Source: the human T2T-CHM13v2.0 reference genome, Homo sapiens
Assembly (NCBI RefSeq): GCF_009914755.1
Contig: NC_060932.1
DNA length: 64,000 nt
Reading direction: 5' to 3' (one strand)
Program-made: the position numbers and the translations under genes
Part shown: positions 1-15,592 of the stretch, in pieces
Position numbering within the stretch: the stretch's first letter is position 1
Layout: every line of letters begins with the position of its first letter
The notes under the pieces: generated by a model
What the model saw: only the letters and a program-made list of their open reading frames with translations
Databases searched by the model: none
Told to the model about the DNA's origin: nothing

Positions 1-136
1 TATTTTTCCTAAGGAATCTGTACTTTTTCTTCATTTTACAACTTTTTTTGTCCTGTTACCTTATTTTCATTTTTACTTTATATGACCATGAGTTCTAAAA
101 TAGTAAAAAAAAAGAATTATTTTTGTTCTTTGTTAG

Positions 137-260
137 AATTTCTCTGCAAAGAATGTCCAAAAATTCATATTCACATTGATCGTATCGACAAAAAAGATGT
201 CCCAGAAGAACAAGAACATATGAGAAGATGGCTGCATGAACGTTTCGAAATCAAAGATAA
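137..260 (+). CDS. AGPAT5: AGPAT5 (1-acylglycerol-3-phosphate O-acyltransferase 5), penultimate coding exon
   Basis: Acceptor ttttgttctttgttag ends at 136 and donor gtgagt starts at 261. Encodes (E)FLCKECPKIHIHIDRIDKKDVPEEQEHMRRWLHERFEIKD(K), recognised as the AGPAT5 C-terminal region. The split codon AA|G joins in frame to the exon at 2248. Confidence 0.96.
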
Positions 261-1358
261 GTGAGTAACAACAGTTCCAGCACTTCCGGAACTTCGGTTC
301 AACTAGATTTCAGTATAGTCAACAATTTGAAACCAATGTAAATGGTTATATTGTCTCAAGAATACATTTTATAAATTCAAATCAAATTTTATGCATGTCT
401 GATCGTGTTTTAAACTTTACTTGTACAAATCAGTCTAAAAGAACTTGTTACAGTGGGCCCATCTACTTGCATTGATAGTATTTCTTGGACAATACTACGT
501 GATAACATAGCAAATTAAATTAAAAACAACAACAAACACACAAAAAAACTTTCCAGTGTCAGATGCCCGGACCTACCTGTCAGGTCACATAAAGTGGTGT
601 TACTGTGTGAGGTCTGGCTGTTGGGCCAGTGTGCGCAGAAAAGCAAGGGAGGGGTAGAGGACTATGCGGACGTGCAGGTGGACATGATGCTGTTATATTT
701 GTTGGAAATAGAAGGGGGCAGTTGACAGCGTTATATCCAAAGTGTCTTCTGTGGTTAATTATATTCAGAAATTTTAGCCAATTGTTTTATTCTCTAAATA
801 TGTACTTTCTGCTCAAGAAACTATCATTGTTCTTCTTTTCCTTGTTTTACAGTACAGTGTTTTTAATTAACCCTCCTGGGTTAACTTTACCAGGTGAAAA
901 TGATTAAAAGTGTAATAGGTTAACAATGAAACTTTAAGCTTCTATTTTTCATTGACTCTTAACTGTACATGATGTAATGTATTCAGCGAGCCATTCAGGA
1001 CCACTTTGGCCCATGGAAGAAATTTAAAAGTAAGATCTACATGTATTGACATGAAAATATGTTCTCAGAAAAAAGACTAATGTATTTAATGTCCTACTTA
1101 TTTTATAAGTATTTAGAATACCTCTGGACATTTTAAAACAATGATTATTGCTAGGGTGTGTGATTTATAAAGCAATAGAAGCGCTTTCCCTTTCTGTTTG
1201 TGTTTTAGATTATTATATCGGGTATGTTCTGCTATCATAACTTTACAAATCTTATGTAATATGGGAAAATGAGTTAACTATGCTGTTTTCCTTCTTTTAC
1301 CTGCCTTTCTAATTCTGTGGGAATAAAGGCGTTTTTGAGACAGCCCAGGTGTAGTGAG

Positions 1359-1850
1359 CAGTCCATATCCATGGATTCCACATTCATGGATTCCACCAAG
1401 CACAGACCAAAAATACTCAGAAAAAAAGGGGGCTGGCTGTGGTGGCTCATGCATGTAATCCCAGCACTTTGGGAGGCTAAGGCAGGCAAATTGCTTGAGC
1501 CCAGAAGTTCAAGACAGCCTGGGCAACATGGCAAAACCCTGTCTCTACAGAAAATACAAAAATTAGCCAGGCGTGCACCTGTAGTCCCAGCTACTCAGGA
1601 GGCCGAGGTGCGAGGATCACCTGAGCCTGGAAGGTTGAGACTGCAGTGAGCTATCATTGTGCCAACTCCAGCCTGGTAACAGAGTGCCTTTTTTCAAAAA
1701 AAAAAAAAAAAAGGATTTGGGAGGATATGCATATGTTATATTCAAATACATGCCATTTTATTCATATATCAGGGACTTGAGCATCCTTTGATCTTGGTCT
1801 CTGCCGGGTATCCTGGGACCAGCCCCCTGTCGATACAGAGGGACCGCTGT
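1359..1850 (-). mobile_element. MER2 (TcMar-Tigger MITE), interrupted by an AluJ
   Basis: Left piece cagtccatatccatggattcc...aaaatactcagaaaaaaa and right piece gggaggatatgcatatgttata...cagggacttgagcatcc...gatacagagggaccgctg match the two ends of the MER2 consensus as recalled. Confidence 0.75.
1431..1712 (+). mobile_element. AluJ-like SINE
   Basis: Dimeric Alu with ttgcttgagcccagaagttcaagac and an A tail. Confidence 0.93.
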
Positions 1851-2247
1851 CTAAGAACCGCTGGTCCTATCTTTGACTTCTGGCGGAATAGGAGCTCCAT
1901 GTAAAAAGGAGGAGAAGCTGCAGCGGGTTATTAGCCATTTGTGAGTCAGGTCACTGTAAAACTTTATCAAAAGTTTAAAAGACAAAAAGCATCCTCATAA
2001 AATGCCTTAAAACCACCTGTTGAAATATTACATATACAATTCATGTATACTAATCATAGAGCATATTAAAGATATTTTAGAAGACTAGAAACTTCTATTA
2101 AACCAAGTTTCTGGATGTTTCCGTATTCATCCTTATTTTCCAGGGACCTGCATAACTTTTCCAGCGTGTAATAGCTACCTGATTGATATTTTTTGAATTG
2201 AAATACTGAAGTGACTAAAATCTAAACTTTTTCCATTCTGGCCATAG

Positions 2248-2473
2248 GATGCTTATAGAATTTTATGAGTCACCAGATCCAGAAAGAAGAAAAAGATTTC
2301 CTGGGAAAAGTGTTAATTCCAAATTAAGTATCAAGAAGACTTTACCATCAATGTTGATCTTAAGTGGTTTGACTGCAGGCATGCTTATGACCGATGCTGG
2401 AAGGAAGCTGTATGTGAACACCTGGATATATGGAACCCTACTTGGCTGCCTGTGGGTTACTATTAAAGCATAG
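2248..2473 (+). CDS. AGPAT5: AGPAT5 last coding exon (CDS part, to TAG stop)
   Basis: Acceptor ttccattctggccatag ends at 2247. Encodes MLIEFYESPDPERRKRFPGK...GTLLGCLWVTIKA*, with two hydrophobic segments, matching the AGPAT5 C-terminus. Confidence 0.96.
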
Positions 2474-5262
2474 ACAAGTAGCTGTCTCCAGACAGTGGGA
2501 TGTGCTACATTGTCTATTTTTGGCGGCTGCACATGACATCAAATTGTTTCCTGAATTTATTAAGGAGTGTAAATAAAGCCTTGTTGATTGAAGATTGGAT
2601 AATAGAATTTGTGACGAAAGCTGATATGCAATGGTCTTGGGCAAACATACCTGGTTGTACAACTTTAGCATCGGGGCTGCTGGAAGGGTAAAAGCTAAAT
2701 GGAGTTTCTCCTGCTCTGTCCATTTCCTATGAACTAATGACAACTTGAGAAGGCTGGGAGGATTGTGTATTTTGCAAGTCAGATGGCTGCATTTTTGAGC
2801 ATTAATTTGCAGCGTATTTCACTTTTTCTGTTATTTTCAATTTATTACAACTTGACAGCTCCAAGCTCTTATTACTAAAGTATTTAGTATCTTGCAGCTA
2901 GTTAATATTTCATCTTTTGCTTATTTCTACAAGTCAGTGAAATAAATTGTATTTAGGAAGTGTCAGGATGTTCAAAGGAAAGGGTAAAAAGTGTTCATGG
3001 GGAAAAAGCTCTGTTTAGCACATGATTTTATTGTATTGCGTTATTAGCTGATTTTACTCATTTTATATTTGCAAAATAAATTTCTAATATTTATTGAAAT
3101 TGCTTAATTTGCACACCCTGTACACACAGAAAATGGTATAAAATATGAGAACGAAGTTTAAAATTGTGACTCTGATTCATTATAGCAGAACTTTAAATTT
3201 CCCAGCTTTTTGAAGATTTAAGCTACGCTATTAGTACTTCCCTTTGTCTGTGCCATAAGTGCTTGAAAACGTTAAGGTTTTCTGTTTTGTTTTGTTTTTT
3301 TAATATCAAAAGAGTCGGTGTGAACCTTGGTTGGACCCCAAGTTCACAAGATTTTTAAGGTGATGAGAGCCTGCAGACATTCTGCCTAGATTTACTAGCG
3401 TGTGCCTTTTGCCTGCTTCTCTTTGATTTCACAGAATATTCATTCAGAAGTCGCGTTTCTGTAGTGTGGTGGATTCCCACTGGGCTCTGGTCCTTCCCTT
3501 GGATCCCGTCAGTGGTGCTGCTCAGCGGCTTGCACGTAGACTTGCTAGGAAGAAATGCAGAGCCAGCCTGTGCTGCCCACTTTCAGAGTTGAACTCTTTA
3601 AGCCCTTGTGAGTGGGCTTCACCAGCTACTGCAGAGGCATTTTGCATTTGTCTGTGTCAAGAAGTTCACCTTCTCAAGCCAGTGAAATACAGACTTAATT
3701 CGTCATGACTGAACGAATTTGTTTATTTCCCATTAGGTTTAGTGGAGCTACACATTAATATGTATCGCCTTAGAGCAAGAGCTGTGTTCCAGGAACCAGA
3801 TCACGATTTTTAGCCATGGAACAATATATCCCATGGGAGAAGACCTTTCAGTGTGAACTGTTCTATTTTTGTGTTATAATTTAAACTTCGATTTCCTCAT
3901 AGTCCTTTAAGTTGACATTTCTGCTTACTGCTACTGGATTTTTGCTGCAGAAATATATCAGTGGCCCACATTAAACATACCAGTTGGATCATGATAAGCA
4001 AAATGAAAGAAATAATGATTAAGGGAAAATTAAGTGACTGTGTTACACTGCTTCTCCCATGCCAGAGAATAAACTCTTTCAAGCATCATCTTTGAAGAGT
4101 CGTGTGGTGTGAATTGGTTTGTGTACATTAGAATGTATGCACACATCCATGGACACTCAGGATATAGTTGGCCTAATAATCGGGGCATGGGTAAAACTTA
4201 TGAAAATTTCCTCATGCTGAATTGTAATTTTCTCTTACCTGTAAAGTAAAATTTAGATCAATTCCATGTCTTTGTTAAGTACAGGGATTTAATATATTTT
4301 GAATATAATGGGTATGTTCTAAATTTGAACTTTGAGAGGCAATACTGTTGGAATTATGTGGATTCTAACTCATTTTAACAAGGTAGCCTGACCTGCATAA
4401 GATCACTTGAATGTTAGGTTTCATAGAACTATACTAATCTTCTCACAAAAGGTCTATAAAATACAGTCGTTGAAAAAAATTTTGTATCAAAATGTTTGGA
4501 AAATTAGAAGCTTCTCCTTAACCTGTATTGATACTGACTTGAATTATTTTCTAAAATTAAGAGCCGTATACCTACCTGTAAGTCTTTTCACATATCATTT
4601 AAACTTTTGTTTGTATTATTACTGATTTACAGCTTAGTTATTAATTTTTCTTTATAAGAATGCCGTCGATGTGCATGCTTTTATGTTTTTCAGAAAAGGG
4701 TGTGTTTGGATGAAAGTAAAAAAAAAAATAAAATCTTTCACTGTCTCTAATGGCTGTGCTGTTTAACATTTTTTGACCCTAAAATTCACCAACAGTCTCC
4801 CAGTACATAAAATAGGCTTAATGACTGGCCCTGCATTCTTCACAATATTTTTCCCTAAGCTTTGAGCAAAGTTTTAAAAAAATACACTAAAATAATCAAA
4901 ACTGTTAAGCAGTATATTAGTTTGGTTATATAAATTCATCTGCAATTTATAAGATGCATGGCCGATGTTAATTTGCTTGGCAATTCTGTAATCATTAAGT
5001 GATCTCAGTGAAACATGTCAAATGCCTTAAATTAACTAAGTTGGTGAATAAAAGTGCCGATCTGGCTAACTCTTACACCATACATACTGATAGTTTTTCA
5101 TATGTTTCATTTCCATGTGATTTTTAAAATTTAGAGTGGCAACAATTTTGCTTAATATGGGTTACATAAGCTTTATTTTTTCCTTTGTTCATAATTATAT
5201 TCTTTGAATAGGTCTGTGTCAATCAAGTGATCTAACTAGACTGATCATAGATAGAAGGAAAT

Positions 5263-5497
<235 letters not shown>

Positions 5498-6510
5498 GAA
5501 ATATAGAAATATAAAATTTGCTTATTATAGACACACAGTAACTCCCAGATATGTACCACAAAAAATGTGAAAAGAGAGAGAAATGTCTACCAAAGCAGTA
5601 TTTTGTGTGTATAATTGCAAGCGCATAGTAAAATAATTTTAACCTTAATTTGTTTTTAGTAGTGTTTACATTGAAGATTGAGTGAAATATTTTCTTGGCA
5701 GATATTCCGTATCTGGTGGAAAGCTACAATGCAATGTCGTTGTAGTTTTGCATGGCTTGCTTTATAAACAAGATTTTTTCTCCCTCCTTTTGGGCCAGTT
5801 TTCATTACGAGTAACTCACACTTTTTGATTAAAGAACTTGAAATTACGTTATCACTTAGTATAATTGACATTATATAGAGACTATGTAACATGCAATCAT
5901 TAGAATCAAAATTAGTACTTTGGTCAAAATATTTACAACATTCACATACTTGTCAAATATTCATGTAATTAACTGAATTTAAAACCTTCAACTATTATGA
6001 AGTGCTCGTCTGTACAATCGCTAATTTACTCAGTTTAGAGTAGCTACAACTCTTCGATACTATCATCAATATTTGACATCTTTTCCAATTTGTGTATGAA
6101 AAGTAAATCTATTCCTGTAGCAACTGGGGAGTCATATATGAGGTCAAAGACATATACCTTGTTATTATAATATGTATACTATAATAATAGCTGGTTATCC
6201 TGAGCAGGGGAAAAGGTTATTTTTAGGAAAACCACTTCAAATAGAAAGCTGAAGTACTTCTAATATACTGAGGGAAGTATAATATGTGGAACAAACTCTC
6301 AACAAAATGTTTATTGATGTTGATGAAACAGATCAGTTTTTCCATCCGGATTATTATTGGTTCATGATTTTATATGTGAATATGTAAGATATGTTCTGCA
6401 ATTTTATAAATGTTCATGTCTTTTTTTAAAAAAGGTGCTATTGAAATTCTGTGTCTCCAGCAGGCAAGAATACTTGACTAACTCTTTTTGTCTCTTTATG
6501 GTATTTTCAG

Positions 6511-6567
6511 AATAAAGTCTGACTTGTGTTTTTGAGATTATTGGTGCCTCATTAATTCAGCAATAAA
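6511..6567 (+). terminator. Distal polyadenylation signals of AGPAT5 (two AATAAA)
   Basis: AATAAA at 6511-6516 and 6562-6567, followed by a CA at ~6583 and a downstream TGT/GT-rich element. Confidence 0.7.
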
Positions 6568-6933
6568 GGAAAATATGCATCTCAAAAATTGGTGATAAAA
6601 AGTTATTTCTTGTATATGTGATAAAGTTTACATGTTGTGTATATATGTTGTATTGCCAAATACGGCTATTAAATACTACGTCATATTTTAAAGGTTCAGT
6701 TTGTAGTGATAGTAAACAAGCAGTGCACTAAGCCTCTTGCGGGCATCATCTCATCTCACTGTCATCACAAACCCCATGCCACAGCGTAGCTTGACCACTA
6801 AAAGTAATGCATCTGCAAGCATACTGCCAGGTTTTGGATAGTTTGTACCAACAGTTACCTTATCAAGGTAAATCCCAGACTCTAAAAGAGTTGGTGCTGT
6901 GTCACTACATGCATAACTTTAAATAAATTTCCT

Positions 6934-7239
<306 letters not shown>

Positions 7240-7437
7240 TTCCTCTCCTGTTTGAGCTTTCCCTTACCTGTAAAGAGGGGAGAATATGTATTTACTTCAA
7301 AGAGTTCAGGGAAATGACTCTCACTAGTTTGAGATTCTAGGTATAAAAATACATTCTTATATAATTTTAACACCAATGTGAGAGATTATTATTCTTGCTA
7401 AACCAATTCAGTTTTATTTGCTGTCTAAAATGTGTGA

Positions 7438-8221
<784 letters not shown>

Positions 8222-9016
8222 TGAAGAGAACTAGAACTAAAGAATTTCTGTGTCAAACTGTTTAGCAAATGTAAGTAGAAGCTGGGAGATGTGTCCTGGA
8301 ATGAATGAATACATCAGTAAAATACCATACGTATGTTATGATGTTATTGTTTCCTTGCCTTGGTTGATTTGGTTTTACTGTGAAATAATTTTCAATATAG
8401 AATTGTGATCGTTGGAATTTGGTCATCTAGTAGAAAATGAGAAAGAAGTTAATAGCTATCTTCCTTAAAGATTTCTGAGGTTGGGATTAAGGTAGTGTTC
8501 CCAAGGTGTTCTAAAACGGCAGCGAGAGCTGTGCACTCACTTCACAAATTTGAATTCCTGCTCTGTGTTAGGCGCTGTGCTAGGGGCTTAGCTTAGCACA
8601 GTTATTTCCAGAGGTTCCTGTGTATGGTGTGAAGAAAGCTTCACAAAGACTGTAGTGAAGCCAAAGATATAGTAGGGAATGAAAGCAAGGCATCACCACT
8701 TCCTGTGAGGACACGTTACTGCACAGGCACCCGAGCTGTGTCATCTCTACCATGTGCCTTGTTCAGGTTTTGGCAGAGCCCCTAAGCATATGCCCAGGAA
8801 GGGATCTATGTGGAAGTTGGCTCTTTCTGATGCATTCGGTGTTAGCTGGTTCTCGATGGTCGGTGATTCTTAGCTGAATCCAGAAGGGTGAAAACAGTTG
8901 CTGCTCCGGTGTAGTTGAGCTGGAGCATGGCGGCACATCAGGGCCACGTCACTGATGACACCATCAGTAACACACTGTGTTTCTCTTAAAACAGGGGCTT
9001 TCTGTTGTCCAGATGA

Positions 9017-9672
<656 letters not shown>

Positions 9673-9682
9673 AACTTTTGTT

Positions 9683-9716
9683 ACACACACACACACACAT
9701 ACACACACACACACAC
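9683..9716. repeat. (CA)n microsatellite
   Basis: About 16 AC units with one AT interruption. Confidence 0.95.
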
Positions 9717-10588
9717 GTCCATAAGGGCATTCTGCCTTATACTAGAGCTAATAACTTTGTTACATTTTAGGTTTTTGGTATGTTGCTCTAATAGGGCATG
9801 TAACAAATGCAAAATAGACATTTTCAAGTAAAATGAAGTATACAAAAAAAACCCATAAACGATGTACCCCCTCTTCTTGTGTACGAACATCTTTATCCTT
9901 TTTGTTTCCATATCTCCTCCCCTCTTTCTGTTTCTAGAAGTTGACATAAATGAAAGATAATGAGATTAGAAATAAATCCAATATAAAGTATGCCTCCATG
10001 TGTCTAAGTACCTGGTAATTTCTGGCTCTGTTCTCTCCAACATGGTTTTTATTCCTGCACCCACTCTCACTGGCTCGTGGATAGATTTTGGTTCCTGGTG
10101 TATTTTATGACTTGACTGGCAGCTCCAGTCTGACATAAAACTGGCAATAGAACTTAAACTGAGCTTGGCCTCAGAGTGGTACAGTGAACAACGACATTGT
10201 TCTGAGGGTCAGGAGATCTAGAGTTGCGGTCGGGTCCCAAGTATGTAGCAGTGGGTCTCTTCTTTCTGGACTGCAGCGTCCCCTGGGACGTGGCTGCTAA
10301 AGACCTTCCCATCCTACAGTTTCATTCTGCATGCTGTTCCCCGGTGTTGTGCCAGCCACCTGGGCCCAATGCCTGGGGGTATCTTCAACCACCCCTACCA
10401 CCTGTCTCTCTAAGCAAGTCTACTTGGTGGTTTCTTCATCCACCTCCATCTGCTTCCCCTCTATCTTCACCCGCTCAACACCCTCCCCACCCCCAACGTC
10501 CATTACCACTGAGCTCAAGGCAATGCAGCCAACAGCTTCCCCAGTTGCTCTGTTAGGACCTGTGAGCCACAAACCCACCCTCCACATC

Positions 10589-10854
10589 AGCACTTCCTAG
10601 TAGGGCAGCCGGAGCCCCATGTGGCTATAGAGTCCTTGAAATCAGAGAAGTTAGTGTACAATGCCAGACTTGGAAAAATAAGTACAAAAAATAAAATAGT
10701 TCATTAATCTTCATGTTGATTACATATTTGAGTGATATTTTGGACATATTGTCCTCAATAAACTATATTAAAATTAATTTGACCTTTTTTTAATGTGGCT
10801 ACTAGAAGGTTTAATATTCGCTATATGGCATTATATCTCCACGGGGCAGACCTG
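10589..10854. mobile_element. MER33-like hAT-Charlie element
   Basis: catgtggctatagagtccttgaaat...ttgattacat...attttggacatatt...aaaattaattt...taatgtggctactagaa. Confidence 0.7.
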
Positions 10855-10995
10855 ATGTACAAGATGACTTAAAGGCGAGGAACTTTCACCCCAACCTTTG
10901 TGTCTCAAAACTGCCGTGATTCCTGGCACTGATTAGGCAATCAGCAACAGTTTGTTTAACTGATTCAGTAGGCATAATTTGAGATAACATTTTAG

Positions 10996-11378
<383 letters not shown>

Positions 11379-12166
11379 CACCTGAAGATTTTCTAAAGCA
11401 ATTGTGTTTGAATTTTATAGTCCGAAGTCAATAGATTATTTTAAAAAGTAAATGGCATAATCAATAAACATTTAATAAATGATATGGAAGTTACGATTTC
11501 AAAGAATATTCCAGGAATTCTTGGAGTTCAAGAAAAAGCACAATCAAAAAATAAGATCTGAAGCAAATATGAGAATATTGAAATGTGTTCATTCTGAATT
11601 GGCCTTATACTGAATACTATGTTATACTATTCTCTGGGTTTTTTGGTTTTGTTTTGGTATATTTACATTTTTTTCCGAATTAAAAAATTTTGTCAACTAG
11701 GCATATCAGTTATTTTGTCTAAAAATATTCTGAGCGGATTCCATACCGTATTATGGTTACTAATTAAATATGTCACCACTCTTCTTTGATCACTAATTCA
11801 AGTATGGGTGGAATCTGTCTAAAGCTTGTAATCTTCAAGGAATTGTAAAAATCCTCCTGTTTCTTACTGGTGTATTTCAATGAATGTAATCAATTAATGG
11901 TACTGTGATTCCAAATAGTAATTACTGAGAATATCTGTTTGCTCTTGCATCTGCTTATAATGAAGAGCTAAATTTTTGTTGCTTCTGTCTACTCCTTTCA
12001 TTCTTCCCAAAGGAAATTACTTGGGATGAACTGTGTTGAAAGACAGCGCGTTTATAGTGGCCTCACAAGTCACCTAAAGAAAGAAGCCAGAGTGATCGAT
12101 GGCATTTTCTCATCTTCCTAGCCCACATCTTTAGATTAAGGTGCTATAAAATCCGAAGGAAGGGAT

Positions 12167-12769
12167 TGAAACGGCCTTTGCAAAATTATGACTGAGACAG
12201 TGAAATAGATCGGACTTAACTGACTTCATCTTGCTTCTAACCTCTAAGCTGTCCTTGTTCATTCCTGAGCCCAGGCTGAATTAACTTTGGTAGAAACTTA
12301 GTTTATAGTTTAAACAAAGATGGTAACAGCCCTTTCCCAAAGCAGACCTCCTTCTTGCCTGGGGACTAGATTGCCTTTGTAGGACTAACTTAGCCACAAG
12401 ATTAGAAATTATGGTTTAGGAGTCACGCAGCTGGACCCCTACAAGAGTCTGACCCTCCCTAAACTGCTCCTAAGATCAATGCTTGAGATATTTTGCAGAC
12501 CTTGAACTTGATGGGTCAGCTGGCCCCACCCAGATCAACAAACTGGCTCATCTGATCTTGTGACCCCCACTGAGGAACTGACTCAGCGCAAGAACACAGC
12601 TCGACTCCCTAGGATTTCATCTCTGACCAATCAGCACTCCTGTATCACTGGCTCCCCGCGACTCACCAAGTTATTCTTAAAAACTCTGCTCCCCAAATGG
12701 TCAGGGAGACTGATTTGAGTAACGATAAAACTCCGGTCTCCGGCAAAACAAACAAACAAACAAACAAAA
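12167..12769 (+). mobile_element. LTR8 (ERV1/HUERS-P1), U3-R only, ending in an A-rich (CAAA)n tail
   Basis: Starts tgaaacggcctttgcaaaattatgactgagacagtg like LTR8. Stops at ...ctccggtctccggca just after the LTR poly(A) signal position, then aaaacaaacaaac. Confidence 0.85.
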
Positions 12770-12895
12770 CCCTAAAGTGTGCCAACAGCAAAAGAACAAG
12801 CTGAGCTACTTTAGCAATGTCGCAGTTGGTAATTCCAAGATGTGCACAGGAAAAAAAAAATAATTCTCCCTGTGTTGTTAAAAGAATGCTCTTGA

Positions 12896-13050
12896 AATTA
12901 GCTGGGCATGGTGGTGTGTACTTATAGCTACTCCTGAGGCTGAGGCGGGAGGATCACTGGAGCCTAGGAGTTCGACGTTGCTGTGAGCTATGATTGCTCC
13001 ACTGCACTTCAGCCTGTGCAACAGGTGAGACCCCGTCTAAAAAAAAAAAA
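12896..13050 (+). mobile_element. Alu right monomer (FRAM or truncated AluJ)
   Basis: aattagctgggcatggtggtg...gagaccccgtct plus A tail; TSD aatgctcttg. Confidence 0.88.
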
Positions 13051-13378
13051 TAATGCTCTTGTAATCTAGGAAATAGTTTTGGCCCTTTAGGTTAGGAATA
13101 ATAGTCACGTGTAAGATAAATGTCTAAATAGTTCAGTGTAGTGATACAACTGGGAACAGACTTGGAGGAAGCCTCAGAGAGGGAGTTGAGCACAGTGGGC
13201 TTCACCATACAGAGGAGGAAACCACAATGACTATAGCAAGAGGAAATATCATGACTTCATAAATATAAATATCTAACACTGGAGGTGTAGAGGTGGGAAG
13301 CGGTAGAGACAGAAGGGTGACCATCATGTGACTTTATTATAAGGAGTATTTTATTTATGTATAAAAGAAATACAGTTG

Positions 13379-13660
<282 letters not shown>

Positions 13661-13671
<11 letters not shown>

Positions 13672-13826
13672 GAAAGAAGGAAGGAAGGAAGGGAGGAAGG
13701 AAGGGAGGGAGGGAGGAAGAGAGAGAGAAAGAAAGAAGAAAGAGAGAGAGAGAAAAAAAGAAAGGAAGGAAGGAAGGAAGGAAAGAAAGAAAGAAAGAGA
13801 GAGAAAGAAAGAGAGAAAGAAAGAAA

Positions 13827-13886
<60 letters not shown>

Positions 13887-13927
13887 AAAAGAAAGAAAGA
13901 AAGAAGGAAAGAAAGAAAGAAAGAAAG
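13661..13927 (+). repeat. Compound polypurine microsatellite (GGAA/GGGA/GA/GAAA)n grown from the Alu tail
   Basis: About 265 bp of only A and G, including (GGAA)5 at 13764-13783 and ~14 GAAA units. Confidence 0.97.
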
Positions 13928-14358
13928 TTGACCTTTGTGCAATGCTAGGGTTAGGAGGCCCAATCTCCCATGCAGTTGAAAATCCTCATTAAACTTTTGA
14001 CTCCCCAAAAACTTAACTACTAATAGCCTACCGTTTTCCAGAAGCCAATGACATAAATAGTTGCTTAAGACATATTTTGCATGTTACATGTATTACACAC
14101 TGTATTCTCACAGTAAAGGTAGAAAAAGGAAAATGTTATTAAGAAAATCATAGGGAAGAGACAATATATTTACTATTAAGTGGAAATGGATCATCATTAA
14201 CGGTCTTCCTCCTCATCACCTTTGTGCTGAGTTGGCTGAGGAGGAAAGGGAAGAGGGAGGGGTTGGTTTTGCTCTCTCCAGGAGTGGCAGAGGAGGAAGA
14301 AAATCTATGTCTTAGTGGACCTTCACAGTTCAAACCCGTGTTGTTCAATGGTCAGCTG
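13926..14358 (-). mobile_element. Tigger2a (MER28) DNA transposon
   Basis: TIRs (c)agttgacc...tt and ttgttcaatggtcagctg followed by TA; internal sequence matches recalled Tigger2a (cttttgactccccaaaaacttaactactaatagccta). Confidence 0.85.
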
Positions 14359-14423
14359 TATATATAGAATAAATCTTATTTCATATATTTGAAGTATATC
14401 TCATATATGTGTTTGTGCATGCA

Positions 14424-14456
<33 letters not shown>

Positions 14457-14617
14457 GACTTTCAGTTGATAATAATTTTTCAGACAATGCTGAATTGCCT
14501 CTCTGCCCATCTCCAGTGTTAAACCCAGGATCTAGGTGGTCATCTTGGAAGTATCCCTCGTGTTTTATTGGTGGCTGACTTCCGACTCTAGGTACTCAGT
14601 GACACAATGACATCTTT

Positions 14618-15275
14618 TTTAAAAAATTCTTCTGGGCACATAGTAGATGTATATATTTACAGGGTACATGAGATGTTTGGATACAGGCAGGTAATGTGAA
14701 ACAATCATGTCATGGAGAATGGGTATCCACCTCCATAAGTGTTTGTATCCTTTGAGTTACAAACAATCCAATTTTAAATTTTAAATAAAAAATTTAAATT
14801 TAAAGTTATTATTGAGTATAATCACCCTATTATGCTATCAAATAGTAGATCTTATTCATTCATTCTATTTTTTAATACCCATTAACCTTCCCCACCTGCC
14901 ATTCAACCCCCATCTACCCTTCCTAGACTCTGGTAACCATCCTTCTTCTATCTCCAGGGGTTCAATTGTTTTAATTTAATTTTTAAATCCCACAAATAAG
15001 TGAGAACATATGATGTTTGTCTTTCTGTGCCTGGCTTATTGCACTTAACATAATGATATCCAGTTTCATCCACGTTGTTGCAAGTGACTGGATCTCATTT
15101 TTCATGGCTGAATAGTACTCCACCATGTATACGTACCACATTTTCTTTAACCTTTCATCTGCAATATTTAGGTTGCTTCCAAATCTTAGCTATTGTGAAC
15201 AGTGCTGCAGCAAACATAGGAGTGCAGGTATTTCTTCGATAGACTGATTTCCTTTCTTTTGGGTATATACCCAGC
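14618..15275 (-). mobile_element. L1MA-type LINE-1 3' fragment
   Basis: Antisense L1 3' end; perfect 16-bp TSD acacaatgacatcttt at 14602-14617 and 15276-15291. Confidence 0.9.
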
Positions 15276-15512
15276 ACACAATGACATCTTTAACCAAACT
15301 CTTGTGGCCTCAGAGTTAATTTGGAGGCAGCTGAGTTTGAGATAAATGGCATATCCTTTGTGTTCCATAATTTCCATACATGCCCAATTACAATCTTTCT
15401 GAACACTTTCTAGAAATCATATTAAAGCATTACATGCATCTCATGCCATGTCCATCTGTCTCTCCTGGACTGGGACAGTGATAGGTCTTCATATAATCTT
15501 GTTTAATAAGTG

Positions 15513-15592
15513 TTAGGTTGGTGCAAAAGTAATTATGGGTTTTGTCATTACTTCCAATGGCAACAACTCCAATTACTTTTGCACCAACCTAA
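15513..15592. mobile_element. Made1 (Hsmar1 MITE), full length, 80 bp
   Basis: ttaggttggtgcaaaagtaatt...aattacttttgcaccaacctaa followed by TA; the outer 22 bp form a perfect inverted repeat. Confidence 0.95.

Noticed and set aside
82-136. ATG-started extension of the AGPAT5 exon ORF
   Set aside because: Intronic polypyrimidine and acceptor region.
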